Of a stretch of 64,000 nt of DNA, positions 22,447 through 33,119 are shown one piece after another; the stretch's first letter is position 1, and the number at the start of each line of letters is the position of its first letter. The notes under the pieces were generated by a model that saw nothing but the letters and a program-made list of their open reading frames with translations, ran no database searches and was not told the DNA's origin. The translations under genes and the position numbers were made by a program. The stretch lies in the NCBI GenBank assembly GCA_016933475.1, contig JAFGAW010000027.1, positions 403 through 64,402 on the forward strand, read 5' to 3'. This DNA comes from Thermoleophilia bacterium (GTDB lineage: Bacteria; Actinomycetota; Thermoleophilia; UBA2241).

Positions 22447-23679
22447 TCACTCCCTCCTGATGTCGTCGCCGGATTCTCCTGTCGCCGGTCCCCCGCCGGC
22501 GGTGTGCTCGATGCCCGGATCGCGATTGAAGGGAACACCGGCGGCCCCGACGCCTGGCTCGTGACCGGTCGTGACGCCGACACCACGGCCGCTCTTCTCT
22601 TGCACCCAGTGACATGCGGTCCAGTGGTCACGCGCCACTTCGAACGGGGTCGGCATGGTGTCGCGACAGATGTCGCGCACATGTGCGCAACGTTCATGGA
22701 ACCGGCAACCGGCCGGCGGGTCGATCAAGTCCGGCACCGCACCGGGGATCGTCTTGAGCTGTTCAGCACTCTTCCCTTGCGGCAGACACTCGATGAGTGC
22801 CAGCGTGTAGGGGTGTCGCGGGCGCTTCAGGACGTCCGCCGTCGGGCCCTCTTCGACCACGTTCCCGGCGTACATGACGGCGATCCGATCGCAGGTCTGG
22901 GCAGCGACGCCGACGTTGTGGGTGATGAGGATCTGCGACACCCCCAGTTCGTCGCGCAGGCGAAGCAGCAGTTTGAGTATCTGCATCTGTATGGTCACGT
23001 CGAGCGCGGTGGTCGGCTCATCGGCGACCAGCAAGCCTGCCCCGCAGGAGATCGCCATCGCCATGCAGACGCGCTGACGCATGCCGCCGCTGAGTTGGTG
23101 CGGGTACGACTTGAGCAACGCGTCCGTGGGCGGCAGACCTGTCGCCTGCAGTGCCGTGCGAACAGCCTCCAGGGCTGCCTTCTTCTCGAGGTCATGATGG
23201 ACCCGTACGACGCGGCTGATCTGCTCGCCGACAGTGAAGACCGGATTGAGGGAGGCCAGCGGGTCCTGGAAGACCATGGAGATGACCTTGCCCTTCAAGG
23301 CGCGCATCTCCTGCTGCGGCTTGGCCAGCAGGTCATCTCCCTTGAACAAGATGCGACCCGACGTGACTTGTGCCTGCGGTTTGGGGAGCAGTCCGAGCAC
23401 CGAGTAGCCGGTCACCGTCTTGCCGCACCCCGACTCGCCGACCAGGCCGACTATCTCACGCTCGTGCACCGTCAGATAGACGCCGTTGAGCGCCTTGACA
23501 ACGCCTCGAAGACTGCGGAACTCCACTCGTAAGTCTTCTATCTCGAGGACGGGTCCGCCGACCGGGCCTCGCTCGGCGACTGCCGCCCCGTCTTCCCTGT
23601 CGGCACCTGCGGGGGGCTGCTTCGCGGTGACCGGTGCTGGTCCTTCCGCCGCGGTTCTTCTCCGAAACACCCTGTTCAC
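22447..23679 (-). CDS. Oligopeptide/dipeptide ABC transporter ATP-binding protein (OppD/DppD-like)
   Basis: GESGCGKTVTG, LSGGMRQRVCMAMAI, LLVADEPTTALD. Confidence 0.8.
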   Translation of the reverse strand: MNRVFRRRTAAEGPAPVTAKQPPAGADREDGAAVAERGPVGGPVLEIEDLRVEFRSLRGVVKALNGVYLTVHEREIVGLVGESGCGKTVTGYSVLGLLPKPQAQVTSGRILFKGDDLLAKPQQEMRALKGKVISMVFQDPLASLNPVFTVGEQISRVVRVHHDLEKKAALEAVRTALQATGLPPTDALLKSYPHQLSGGMRQRVCMAMAISCGAGLLVADEPTTALDVTIQMQILKLLLRLRDELGVSQILITHNVGVAAQTCDRIAVMYAGNVVEEGPTADVLKRPRHPYTLALIECLPQGKSAEQLKTIPGAVPDLIDPPAGCRFHERCAHVRDICRDTMPTPFEVARDHWTACHWVQEKSGRGVGVTTGHEPGVGAAGVPFNRDPGIEHTAGGGPATGESGDDIRRE

Positions 23680-24593
23680 CTCTTGAGCCGCGGATCGAGT
23701 ATGTCGCGCAGGGCGTCACCGACGAGGTTATAGGCCAGGACCAGACCGAAGACGGCGATACCGGCGAATGTCGACAACCACCACGCGGAGAGGATGTACT
23801 GACGCCCCTCACTGATCATCAGGCCCCACTCCGGCGTCGGCGGCTTGGCGCCCAAGCCGATGAAGCTCAGCGCCGCGACCTCGAGGATGACCGCACCCAC
23901 GTCGACCGTCATCTGGACGATGACCGGACCGAACGCGTTGGGGAGGATGTGGCGGCGAATGATGGTGAAGTGGGAGACACCCATCGTTTTGGCAGCCAGC
24001 ACGTAGGGCCGTTCGCGCAGCGAGATCGCCATGCCGCGCACCAGGCGCGCATACCAGGGCCACCAGGTGATCACGAGGGCCAGCGCCACGTTACGAAGAC
24101 TGGCCCCCAAGAAGGCGACCAGCGCCATGGCGAACACCAGCGCCGGGAAGGCGAGGAAGATGTCCGTGATGCGCATCACCGCTTCGTCGATCCATCCGCC
24201 GAAGTACCCGGCGATACCGCCCAGCGGCACGCCGACGAGGAGCACGCCGGCGGTGACCACGACGCTGATGACGAGTGGGATACGAGCTCCGAACATGACG
24301 CGGCTCAGTACGTCGCGGCCTTGCTGATCAGTGCCCATGATGTTCTCGGCACTCGGCGGCTGCAGTCGGTTGGCCATGTCGGAATCGCCACGTCCCTGCT
24401 CCGGATAAGGCGCCAGGTACGCGGCGAAGACCGCGACGACCACAGTGGCCACGATGACGATCAGTCCTGCAACGGCGAGCTTGTCGCGCAGGAACACGTG
24501 GAGATTGTGCCTGGCTTCCTCGATGCCCGACTGGTGACGGGCGCGCCAGTCGGCGAATCGGCTCGTTCTCACCGCCACCGTAGTGTCCATCAT
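23676..24593 (-). CDS. ABC transporter permease (OppC/DppC-like)
   Basis: Six predicted TM helices and the BPD_transp_1 region with the EAA-like loop; ATGA overlap with the downstream gene. Confidence 0.8.
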   Translation of the reverse strand: MMDTTVAVRTSRFADWRARHQSGIEEARHNLHVFLRDKLAVAGLIVIVATVVVAVFAAYLAPYPEQGRGDSDMANRLQPPSAENIMGTDQQGRDVLSRVMFGARIPLVISVVVTAGVLLVGVPLGGIAGYFGGWIDEAVMRITDIFLAFPALVFAMALVAFLGASLRNVALALVITWWPWYARLVRGMAISLRERPYVLAAKTMGVSHFTIIRRHILPNAFGPVIVQMTVDVGAVILEVAALSFIGLGAKPPTPEWGLMISEGRQYILSAWWLSTFAGIAVFGLVLAYNLVGDALRDILDPRLKR

Positions 24594-24600
24594 CGGCTTC

Positions 24601-25626
24601 TCACGAGAGCATCACCCGCGGGTCGAGCTTGGCGATGATCAGGTCGACTATCAGGTTCACGGTCACGTAGGCGAGAGCGACGATGATCGTGACGCCCATG
24701 ATGGCCGGGTAGTCGAGATTCAGGATCGAGATCGTTGCGTAGGTCCCGAGACCGGGCCAGGCGAAGATCTGCTCGATGAAGAAGGTGCCCACGAGCGCGT
24801 ACGCGAACAGCAGGCCGATCACGGTGAGCACCGGCGCCATCGCGTTCTTGAGCGCGTAGCGGCCGACGATCACTCGGTCAGGTACGCCCATCGCGTAGGC
24901 CATGCGCGCATAGTCCGATTCGAGAGCGTCGAGCATTGCCGATCGTGTCATTCGCATCGTGGTGCCGGCGCAGTAGGCGGCCAGCGCCAGGGTGGGCAGG
25001 ATGAGGTGTCTGAGCGCATCCCAGAACGCCACCCAGTTGCCGGTGATGAGCGAATCCACGACGACCATCCCGGTGATGTCCGTGACAGGGTACTCCCGGG
25101 CGACCGAGATCGAGAGCTGTCCGGCGACCGGCAAGAGGCCCAGCACGCGGAAGAAGACGATCTGCAGGACAAGAGCCAGGAAGAACGACGGTAGCGAGAC
25201 ACCGGCGATGGCGGCCACCCGCCCCGTATGGTCCGCGAGGCGACCTTTGCGATATGCAGCGAACGCTCCCATGGAGATACCCGTCACCACAGCCAAGGCC
25301 ATCGCGCTCAGGATGAGTTCCAGCGAGGCCGGTAGAAAGCCCATGATGTCGCCCAGCACGGGGCGGTGGGTGCGCAGCGAGTTTCCCCAGTCACCTCTGA
25401 CGAAGTCCTTGACGTAGAGACCGAACTGCACGACGAGCGGCTTGTCGAGCCCGAGGGCTTCTCGCGCCGCTGCCTTCTGCTCCGGTGTGTGGCGCCCGCC
25501 CCCAAGGTACAGGGCCGTGGGGTCGGTGGGAATCACACGGCTGACGACGAACGTGACCGCCATGACGCCGAGGATGACGAAGACCAACAGCGCGAGACGG
25601 CGGATGATGTAGGCACGGAATGTCAT
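24601..25626 (-). CDS. ABC transporter permease (OppB/DppB-like)
   Basis: MTFRAYIIRRLALLVFVILGV N-terminus typical of DppB/OppB; multiple TM segments. Confidence 0.8.
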   Translation of the reverse strand: MTFRAYIIRRLALLVFVILGVMAVTFVVSRVIPTDPTALYLGGGRHTPEQKAAAREALGLDKPLVVQFGLYVKDFVRGDWGNSLRTHRPVLGDIMGFLPASLELILSAMALAVVTGISMGAFAAYRKGRLADHTGRVAAIAGVSLPSFFLALVLQIVFFRVLGLLPVAGQLSISVAREYPVTDITGMVVVDSLITGNWVAFWDALRHLILPTLALAAYCAGTTMRMTRSAMLDALESDYARMAYAMGVPDRVIVGRYALKNAMAPVLTVIGLLFAYALVGTFFIEQIFAWPGLGTYATISILNLDYPAIMGVTIIVALAYVTVNLIVDLIIAKLDPRVMLS

Positions 25627-25966
25627 TGGAGTCGCTCCGCTGTTCGCGTGCCGGTCGCCATGACGTCACCGGGCTCTGTCAGACCCAGAGACAGGGATGA
25701 CACCACTCGGGTCACGGCCGTCGCGTCGCCTTGGTCACATCACCCTCTGTTCTCCAGGAGTCGCCTCGCGGTCGGGCACATCGACTGATCGTTGGTCTTG
25801 CCGGCCCGAGGGGCGCCTCATCGGTGAGATCGCCTGGACAGAAACGCTTCCAGTGAGACGAGATGGGGCGGCGCGGAACGAACCCGCGCGCCGCCCCACC
25901 TACAGCAGCAAGAACCCGGTGGACGCCGCGTCATGCGCCGACTTCCGCCGAAGTCCGCAACACAGA

Positions 25967-27598
25967 CTACAGAGTGATCCCCGTCCAGAAGGGCCCCCGG
26001 TAGATACCGTTGAGTGCGTCCGGCACGATGGTGACGGTCGCACTCGCCGCCCATACGTCGGCCGGGTCGAACAGCGGGATGATAGGACACTCCTCCAGCA
26101 CGATCCGCTGGATCTCGTTGTACATCTCCTGCGCTCTGGCAGAATCCGTGGCCTCGACCTGCCACGCTTCATCGAGCAGCCGGTCGGTCGCGGGCGAACT
26201 CCAGTAGCTGGCGTTGTATTCCACTTCATCGAAGCTGTGGAACTGGTAGTTGAGCATGTCGTAGGCGTGCGCGTAGGACGGATAGGCACGCTCGGACAGG
26301 ATGTCGTGACGCTGATCCATGGGTCCCTGGACGAGGGGTTCCCACGCACTGGCGAGGATCGGTTTCATCTCGATCTCGAGCCCGAGCTCTTCGTACGCCT
26401 CTTTGACGAGCGGCGTGTACTTGTCGTGGAGCGCTACATCGGTGAGGTAGTAGAGCGTCAGCTTGCGAGCGCCCTCGCCATCGGGATAGCCGGCCTGGGC
26501 GAGCAAGTCCGCGGCCTTCGCGGGGTCGTAGCTGTACTGCGGCAGATCGGCCGATGCTCCGTACATGGCTTGCGGCACGTAGCCGATGGCCCGCGGCGCC
26601 AGCGCGTCGCCGCCGCACGCTGCCTGGATGTCATCGTACGGTGTCCCCCAGGCGAGCGCCTGACGGAACGTCTTGTCGTCGAGCGGCGGCGCCAGCGTGT
26701 TGAGTACGAGCTGGTACTGATACGTCGAAGCGACGGAGAAGACCTGCAGGTCTGGGTTTCCCTGCATGGCGGCCGCCGCGTCGCGGTCGACCTGGTAGAT
26801 GAAGTCGACTTCCCCGGCCTCCAGCATCTGTCGCTGTGTACTCAACTCGCCGACGATCTTCAGCACAACGGTCTCCGGGTTACCGTCCTGCCACTCGCCC
26901 CACCAGTTCGGATTGCGGACGAACACATACTCGTCACCGAGCTTGTGCGACTCGATCATGTAGGGGCCGGTGCCGAATGACTTGCCGGTCCAGTCCTCCG
27001 TCTCGAGACCCGCGCTGGCCGGGCTGAAGATATACGTCGCATCGCAGGCCGACAGGACTTTGTCCAGCGGGAACGGATACGCGATCTTGAACGCCACCGT
27101 GTACTCGTCGACCACATCGATGGACTCGATGTCGCCGAGGATGTACGAGGCGCCTCCACCGCGCTCCATCGTCGATTCGAAGGAGAACTTGACGGCGTCG
27201 GCGTTGAACGCCTCGCCGTCGCTGAACTTCACGCCCTGGCGTAGATTGAACGTCCAGGTCATGCCGTCCTCGGAGACCTCCCACGACTCGGCGAGCTGCG
27301 GGATGAACTCTTCTGCGCTGCCCGGAGGGGCAGCGATGAGCAGGCCGTCGTACATATTGCGGAGGTATGCGCTCTCTGCGAAGCCGCTGACGCGGACGTC
27401 CCAGCTGGTGGCGAACTCGTAGGCGGAGGCGAGCCGAAGGGTCTTGGGTGTCTGCGCTTCGTCTCCGCTGCCTTCGTCGTCTCCGCCGCAGGCCAAGACC
27501 AGACCAGAGGCGGCGGCGAGGAGCAGGAGGGCTGCCAGCCCGAGCAAGATGGCCCCTCCACCCTTTCGTCTTCGGACTGCTGAAACGTGGAATCTCAT
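25967..27598 (-). CDS. ABC transporter substrate-binding lipoprotein, family 5 (peptide/nickel/opine type)
   Basis: Lipobox LVLACGG after a signal peptide; ~540 aa; family-5 SBP regions conserved; first gene of a five-gene operon. Confidence 0.8.
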   Translation of the reverse strand: MRFHVSAVRRRKGGGAILLGLAALLLLAAASGLVLACGGDDEGSGDEAQTPKTLRLASAYEFATSWDVRVSGFAESAYLRNMYDGLLIAAPPGSAEEFIPQLAESWEVSEDGMTWTFNLRQGVKFSDGEAFNADAVKFSFESTMERGGGASYILGDIESIDVVDEYTVAFKIAYPFPLDKVLSACDATYIFSPASAGLETEDWTGKSFGTGPYMIESHKLGDEYVFVRNPNWWGEWQDGNPETVVLKIVGELSTQRQMLEAGEVDFIYQVDRDAAAAMQGNPDLQVFSVASTYQYQLVLNTLAPPLDDKTFRQALAWGTPYDDIQAACGGDALAPRAIGYVPQAMYGASADLPQYSYDPAKAADLLAQAGYPDGEGARKLTLYYLTDVALHDKYTPLVKEAYEELGLEIEMKPILASAWEPLVQGPMDQRHDILSERAYPSYAHAYDMLNYQFHSFDEVEYNASYWSSPATDRLLDEAWQVEATDSARAQEMYNEIQRIVLEECPIIPLFDPADVWAASATVTIVPDALNGIYRGPFWTGITL

Positions 27599-28161
27599 GT
27601 CGCCCCCTTCGGTGGACTGGGCATGCGACTCGGCCGACGACGGAGACTGCGCGACGACGGCCGCTTGTCTACACAAGCAAGATGCCAGAATCGCATCTAG
27701 TATCGGCGATGGCTCGCGGGGGTGTCAAATCATTGGCGGGCGCTTGCAGTATGAATAGTGCGCACGGTCCCCACAGTCCCCGTCTGTCTCGTGATTCACT
27801 ACCGATCTCGCCGCGATGACGGGAGACCTTGACATGATCGGGCGGCCGTGAAAGGGTGCAGCCTGGTATTGTCTGTATGAACAAGCTATACCGGCCGCTT
27901 GGAGCGTTGCGGGAGCATCTGCCAGAGACCATGCGGGCAGGCAGCACCGGTCTCGTCGGCCAGAGGGCCTGCCATCGCACCCATCAGGCCGGAGATACGC
28001 GAGACGAAGCACGCGGTGGCTTCGGGTACTCGTTGAGTCGTTGCCTCGGCGTCACCGTCGTCGGCGTGGGGGCCGAGCACGCTGAGGCTCGCTGAGGTTG
28101 AGACCTCGCCCTGTCGCGGGGCGCGGTCTTTCTCTGACCAGCACGTTCGGAAGGAGGCCTC

Positions 28162-29595
28162 ATGAGGACACGCATCGAGTGGGCGACGGCAGACGAGCGG
28201 AGGCTTGTCGTCGACGCGGCCCTGGGCCTGCTGGAGCGGAACGGCATGCGATTCGGGCGAGGCGATGCCCTGGATGCGCTGGGTGAAGCCGGGGCACGCG
28301 TCGATCGCGCGGCCGGTGTAGCGCGCATTCCCGCGACGCTCGTGGAGGATGCGCTGGCCCGCTGTCCGCGCGAGTTCGTGCTGGGCGGGGCGGCGCCCGA
28401 GCACGACTGTCTGATCAAAGACGGCGTGCCGCACCATCTGTGCTCCGGGTCGCCGCCGATCATCCTGGATCATCGTACCGGTGAACGTCGCAGCGCCACC
28501 GTGCGCGACCTGAGCGAAGCGACCTCGATACTGGATGCGACGTGCACCGCGAGCATGGTGTGGGCGCTCGTCTCGGTCACCGACTGTCCCGCGGAGCGCT
28601 GGGAGCTCACCAGTCTGTCGATCATGCTCGCGCATACCCGGAAGCACGTGGGGTCTGACGTCGATGGCCGCTGGCAGGTGCCGTCGATCGTCCGCATGGC
28701 AGAAGCGGCCGGCGGCGACCTGCGCACCCGCCCGCGCATCAGCGTCGTGTGCTGCACGGCCTCTCCGTTGCAGGTGCACCCGGAACTGCTCGACGCTTCG
28801 GCCGATCTGGCGGCTGCCGGCATCCCCATCGTGGTGATGTCGATGCCGATCGCGGGCGGCACGGCGCCGATCACGGTCGCCGGGTCCGTCACCCTCGGCG
28901 TCGCAGAGATCCTGGGGGCCGTCACGGCCATACAACTGCGGGCCCCGGGGGCCAAGCTGTTCTTCAGCATGGTCCCCGGCCTTCTCGACATGCGTCAGAC
29001 CACCTTTGTCTACGGCGCTCTGGAGGCTCATCTTCAGGCAGCGCTGGCCGTCGAGATAGGCCACGACCTGGGTCTGCCGGTGCTGGCTCCCGGGCTGTCG
29101 ACCGATGCCAAGCGACCCGGTATCCAGGCCGCCTTCGAGAAGGCCCTGAAGGGTCTCGTCGTCACATCGACCGGAGCCGACCTGATGACCGGCATCGGCA
29201 TGCTCGAATCGGCTGGTCTGGCCTCGCTGCCGCAGATCGTCATCGACGACGAGGTCGCTCAGATGATCAAGGGCCTTCTCGGCGGCATGGAGATCACACC
29301 CGAGACGATCATGGCGGCCGATATCGAGCGCTTGGGCTTCTCCGCCGCGTATCTCAAGGAGAGGGAGACGCGCCGCCGGTTCCGCGCCGGTGAGCAGTTC
29401 ATGCCGATCATCGCCGACCGCAGCTCGTACGATCACTGGCAAGCGGCCGGTAAGGACGAGCTGGCCGTGGCCTGCGAGCGCGTCGAGGAGCTACTGGCGG
29501 CGGCGGAGGGCCGGGGCCCACTGCTCGGCGGAGACCAGCAGGCCGTGATGCAGGCGGCTATCGATGAGGCCGCGGCCGCGGCGCCGGTGTCGTGA
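28162..29595 (+). CDS. MttB-superfamily (trimethylamine methyltransferase-like, non-pyrrolysine) corrinoid-dependent methyltransferase
   Basis: 477 aa uninterrupted ORF; C-terminal pattern ...ERLGFSAAYL...RRFRAGEQFMPIIADRSSYDHW resembles the MttB/MtgB family C-terminus; TIM-barrel-sized core. Assignment from recalled family motifs, not a search. Confidence 0.55.
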   Translation: MRTRIEWATADERRLVVDAALGLLERNGMRFGRGDALDALGEAGARVDRAAGVARIPATLVEDALARCPREFVLGGAAPEHDCLIKDGVPHHLCSGSPPIILDHRTGERRSATVRDLSEATSILDATCTASMVWALVSVTDCPAERWELTSLSIMLAHTRKHVGSDVDGRWQVPSIVRMAEAAGGDLRTRPRISVVCCTASPLQVHPELLDASADLAAAGIPIVVMSMPIAGGTAPITVAGSVTLGVAEILGAVTAIQLRAPGAKLFFSMVPGLLDMRQTTFVYGALEAHLQAALAVEIGHDLGLPVLAPGLSTDAKRPGIQAAFEKALKGLVVTSTGADLMTGIGMLESAGLASLPQIVIDDEVAQMIKGLLGGMEITPETIMAADIERLGFSAAYLKERETRRRFRAGEQFMPIIADRSSYDHWQAAGKDELAVACERVEELLAAAEGRGPLLGGDQQAVMQAAIDEAAAAAPVS

Positions 29596-29871
29596 CCGAG
29601 AACGGACCGCAGCAGGGCCGGCGTCGCCGGCGTCTCGTACTTCGTGTCGGGATATGACGGGCGGCGGGGGAGTCGAGAACGAAGGTGCTGATCGTGGGCG
29701 CTGGGGAGCCAGGCCACATTCACACGTGGGTGCTTGCGAGACAGCGCGATGACAGCGACATCGTTGTGGCTGACCAGGAAGAGGACAAGGCTGCGGAGGT
29801 CGTCGCCCGTCAAGGTCAGGGCAAGGCGCAGGCCGTCAACCTGAACGGGTCGGTGAGAGGAACAGCAGCCG

Positions 29872-30900
29872 ATGGGTGATCACCCACCCATCGAGCCGCT
29901 TCTGACGTCGGTTCGCCTGCGGTTCCACACCTGGGAGGAGCTTGAAGAGTCTCGCGCCGCGACCCAGCGTCCGGCGTGCGTCTCAGGCAAGGGGTCAGGT
30001 ACGTCTGCAACGACGGTTGCGGAGACCTGCTTCTCGACGCCGTCAGCGGTCAGACACGGTATCCGTCAAGAAAGACCTGGCCGTAGCCGCTCGAGTCTGC
30101 GACCAGCTCTCAGCCGTGGCCTCTCTGTGGCCCGTTGTGGCGGCGCAGGACTGCGGTCGCACCGCGTCGCTTCACGAACTCGCGGCGATGTGGAGCAGAA
30201 GCGTGAAGCACGTCCAGGGGTCCGTGCACGGCGCGGCCGCCGTGCGCCTGGCCGTGGACATGGCGACGATCGTGGCAGGGAGCGAGTCGGCGATGCGGAC
30301 ACGGCGGCAGCTCTCGGCCATGCTGCACGGTAGCTCCCCTCACGCACGACGGGGAGGCGATCGAGGCGGCGCCGGAGTTCACCGCCTCGGGGATCCCGGT
30401 CGGCTTCACCGCCATGCCGACTCCCGGCACCACCGCGCCCGCCACGACCGCAGGCGCGCTCGCCATGGCCGATGCCGAGGTGATCAGCGCCACCGTCGCG
30501 GTACAGCTTGCCGCCCCCGGGGTGGCCGGCTCCCACGCGATCCTGCCGTCGGTCTGCGACCGTCGCACGGGAGCCTCAGTCAACAAACCTCTCAACCGCT
30601 CCGGCCGTCACGCGGTGGTGGAGATCGCCAACCACGAGGGCATGCCCTCGCAGGCGGAAGCCTTCGGCACGAGCTCAGCCGTTCCCGGCACTTGGCAGTC
30701 CGGCTCGGAGGTGGCTCTGGATCCGCACCCGCTGGCTCTGGCCGGGGCTGATATCGTCGCAGGGATAGGACTCACCGAGGACTTTGCGTCCTCTGCGCTC
30801 GAGAGCTTGCTGCTCGACGCAGATGTCTACCACCGGGCGCGTCATGCGCTCATGAACGTCGAAGTCGACGCGCGCAGACTCTGGCGCGCGACGCGATCGG
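29872..30900 (+). pseudogene. Decayed paralogue of the adjacent MttB-family gene, split over three reading frames
   Basis: Frame 1 RFHTWEELEESRAA resembles RIEWATADERRLVV. Frame 2 CDQLSAVASLWPVVAAQDCGRTASLHELAAMWSRSVKHV matches LDATCTASMVWALVSVTDCPAERWELTSLSIMLAHTRKHV. Frame 0 SRPCCTVAP...EFTASGIPVGFTAMPTPGTTAPATTAGALAMADAEVISATVAVQLAAPG matches VVCCTASP...AAGIPIVVMSMPIAGGTAPITVAGSVTLGVAEILGAVTAIQLRAPG. A frameshift lies near 30300. Confidence 0.5.
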
Positions 30901-31132
30901 AGCGGTCGGACCGGGTGGTCACCTCCTCGGGGCGAAGCACACCCGACAGCACATCCGCGAAGCTGCACGGCTCGGTCTGCAACACGAGCGTGGCGAGGAC
31001 GGTCTGCTGCGCGATTCCCTCGTCGTCGCGCGTGAGCGTGTCGAGTGGAGCCGTGATCACCATGAGCCAGAGTCGCTGCCCGCTGAATCGAGGGAGGAAC
31101 TCGCCGCCAAGCCGGCGGAGGCGCACCGCCTG

Positions 31133-31791
31133 CTACGCTGACGGGGATCCTCTCCCGCCCTCCGAGTCCGCAGACTCCGGACACCGCCGAGCCAGGTAGT
31201 CGCACACCATGGTCTCCCAGAGCCGAAGAGCCGCCCCGACGTCCACGTGCGGGCCCGCTTGATAGCGCAGCGCCACACCCTCCGCTATCGCGGAAGTCAG
31301 CGTCGCAAGGGCATCGAGATCGGCATCCGAGCCGTCATCCGCGATGGGTGCCAGCACCCATCTGTTCAGGTCCGCATACCAATCTGAGAACGCTCTGAAC
31401 AGGGGTCGGAGCTCCGGATCAAGAAGAATCGTCGCCACCACACCAAGGAAGGCGCGATACTCCTCGACTTCGCGGGCGATGCTCTCGCATTCACGGAGGA
31501 GTGCGTGATAGCGCGGGACGCCCGGTGGTTCCTCCGACACGGTACTGAGTATGGCTCTGGCCTCGAGATGCAGCTCCCGCACGATGAGCGTGCGGAGAAG
31601 CCCAGCCTTGTCCCCAAAATGGTAACGAATGAGTGACTGAGTCTCTCCCGACTCCTTGGCGACGGCCTCATAGGTCACGCACGAGAGCCCGTCGCGGACC
31701 AAGATCGTGCGCGCAGCCTCGAGGAGGCGGCCTGCCGTCGGCGACAGATTCGGCGTCGGGTCTTGGAGAGGTATCGATGCGTTCTTCATCG
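31133..31791 (-). CDS. TetR-family transcriptional regulator
   Basis: N-terminal HTH (LLEAARTILVRDGLSCVTYEAVAKESGETQSLIRYHFGDKAGLL) plus a helical ligand-binding domain; start taken at the internal ATG (MKNASIPL), not the Arg-rich upstream extension. Confidence 0.75.
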
Positions 31792-32203
31792 TATGGGCGA
31801 ATGTGGAATCAATCGCAGAAGCCTTACCGAGAAGCCACGCATGTGACTCGGATGCACAGCCTGTCGACGGGTACGTATAGCACCTCCTGAGTCTCCAGCG
31901 CAACGCAGGGATGCGGGCGACCGCGAATCTCCCCCTCGGGAACCACCACCGGACGGTTTCCGCATGGCTGTGGAGTGCACTGCGGAGTGCAGCTCGTGCC
32001 GTCGCGCACGGGTGCCTGCAGCACCCCGCTGGACAGCGTGTGAAGGTTCCGCGCGGGCGACCCGCACACCGCCGCGGAGGTGTTGAGGCCCGGGGCGGGT
32101 GCGCCGTCCGCCCAGGGTCCCCGTGTGTCGCGGTCGCGGCTTCAGGCTCTGGCGTCTCCGCGTGCCGCGCGCGGCGTCGGAAGCGCGGCATCGCGGAGCG
32201 ACC

Positions 32204-32932
32204 TCACGGGATGTAGATCAGCGTGGCCTTGCCGTCGCTCTGGAAGACGTGGCCGTCGCCCTCGGGCAGGGTCCCATCCGGAAGCGGCAGCGGGTCGTAG
32301 ATGAGATTGCCGCAGGGGAAGACGTCGGGCGTGACGGTGTACCCCAACCCGGCGAACGATCCGGAGAGCTGGACCTCGGCCGACTCGTTCAGGCCGGCCC
32401 ACTTCGCCGCTCCCGGCACCTGCCCGAACTCGTTGTAGTCGAAGTGCGTCGTGCAGAGGACGTACCGGCCCCAGGTGGCGTTGCGACTCGCGTAGCCGTA
32501 GCGCGCGTAGAGCCTGATGTGGAGGCACTGCACCCGCGGCACCAACTGGCCGCCCTGGACCGTCAGCGCCGTCTGCTTGCAGCCCAGGTCCACGTCCCAC
32601 TGCCAGCGGTAGGGGCTGTCCTTGAGTCGAGCGTAGATGGGCATGCCGACGGACGGCAGGAAGGACCGGACCAGGGCCTTCACCTTCGGGACGGTCGCGT
32701 TGCCGGTGAAGATGACGGTGACCGGCCAGTCGACCTGGGCCGTCGTCGGGTCGCTCGGCGGCAGGTAGTTCGGTGAGTAGAAGTCGTAGTTGTAGAACTT
32801 GTCGCCGTCGACGGTGACAACGGCGGGGTCCGGCCTCTCGTAGGCGGTGACCGCGAGGGCGGCCGGCGCGGCCATCGCAGCGAGAGCCAAGACGATGACA
32901 GGGATCACGAAGCGCAGGTGACGGAGTCGCAT
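32204..32932 (-). CDS. Secreted hypothetical protein (signal peptide, Tyr/Trp-rich, 4 Cys)
   Basis: Cleavable signal peptide (VIVLALAAMAAPAALA); no recognisable catalytic motif. Confidence 0.45.
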   Translation of the reverse strand: MRLRHLRFVIPVIVLALAAMAAPAALAVTAYERPDPAVVTVDGDKFYNYDFYSPNYLPPSDPTTAQVDWPVTVIFTGNATVPKVKALVRSFLPSVGMPIYARLKDSPYRWQWDVDLGCKQTALTVQGGQLVPRVQCLHIRLYARYGYASRNATWGRYVLCTTHFDYNEFGQVPGAAKWAGLNESAEVQLSGSFAGLGYTVTPDVFPCGNLIYDPLPLPDGTLPEGDGHVFQSDGKATLIYIP

Positions 32933-33119
32933 GGTGCCCCTCCTTCAGTCGACGACCCCGGGCAGAAGTCGCTCGACGCCGCACGGGCGGCTCCTGAGGT
33001 GGCCCACCCAAGAGTGTCTCCGGAGGACGGGTCCTTGACCCCGTTGCCGACGTGCCGACGCCGTCCCGCCCGGCGCCCCGTCGACGCCTGGGCCGGCGCG
33101 CCGCCGGCCGCCGCTCGAC

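Noticed and set aside
27850-28161. Cobalamin riboswitch upstream of the MttB-family gene
   Set aside because: Only a partial B12-box-like segment. The GGGAA and GGTGnAAnTCC core elements are not recognisable by eye. Left as a low-confidence question rather than a feature.
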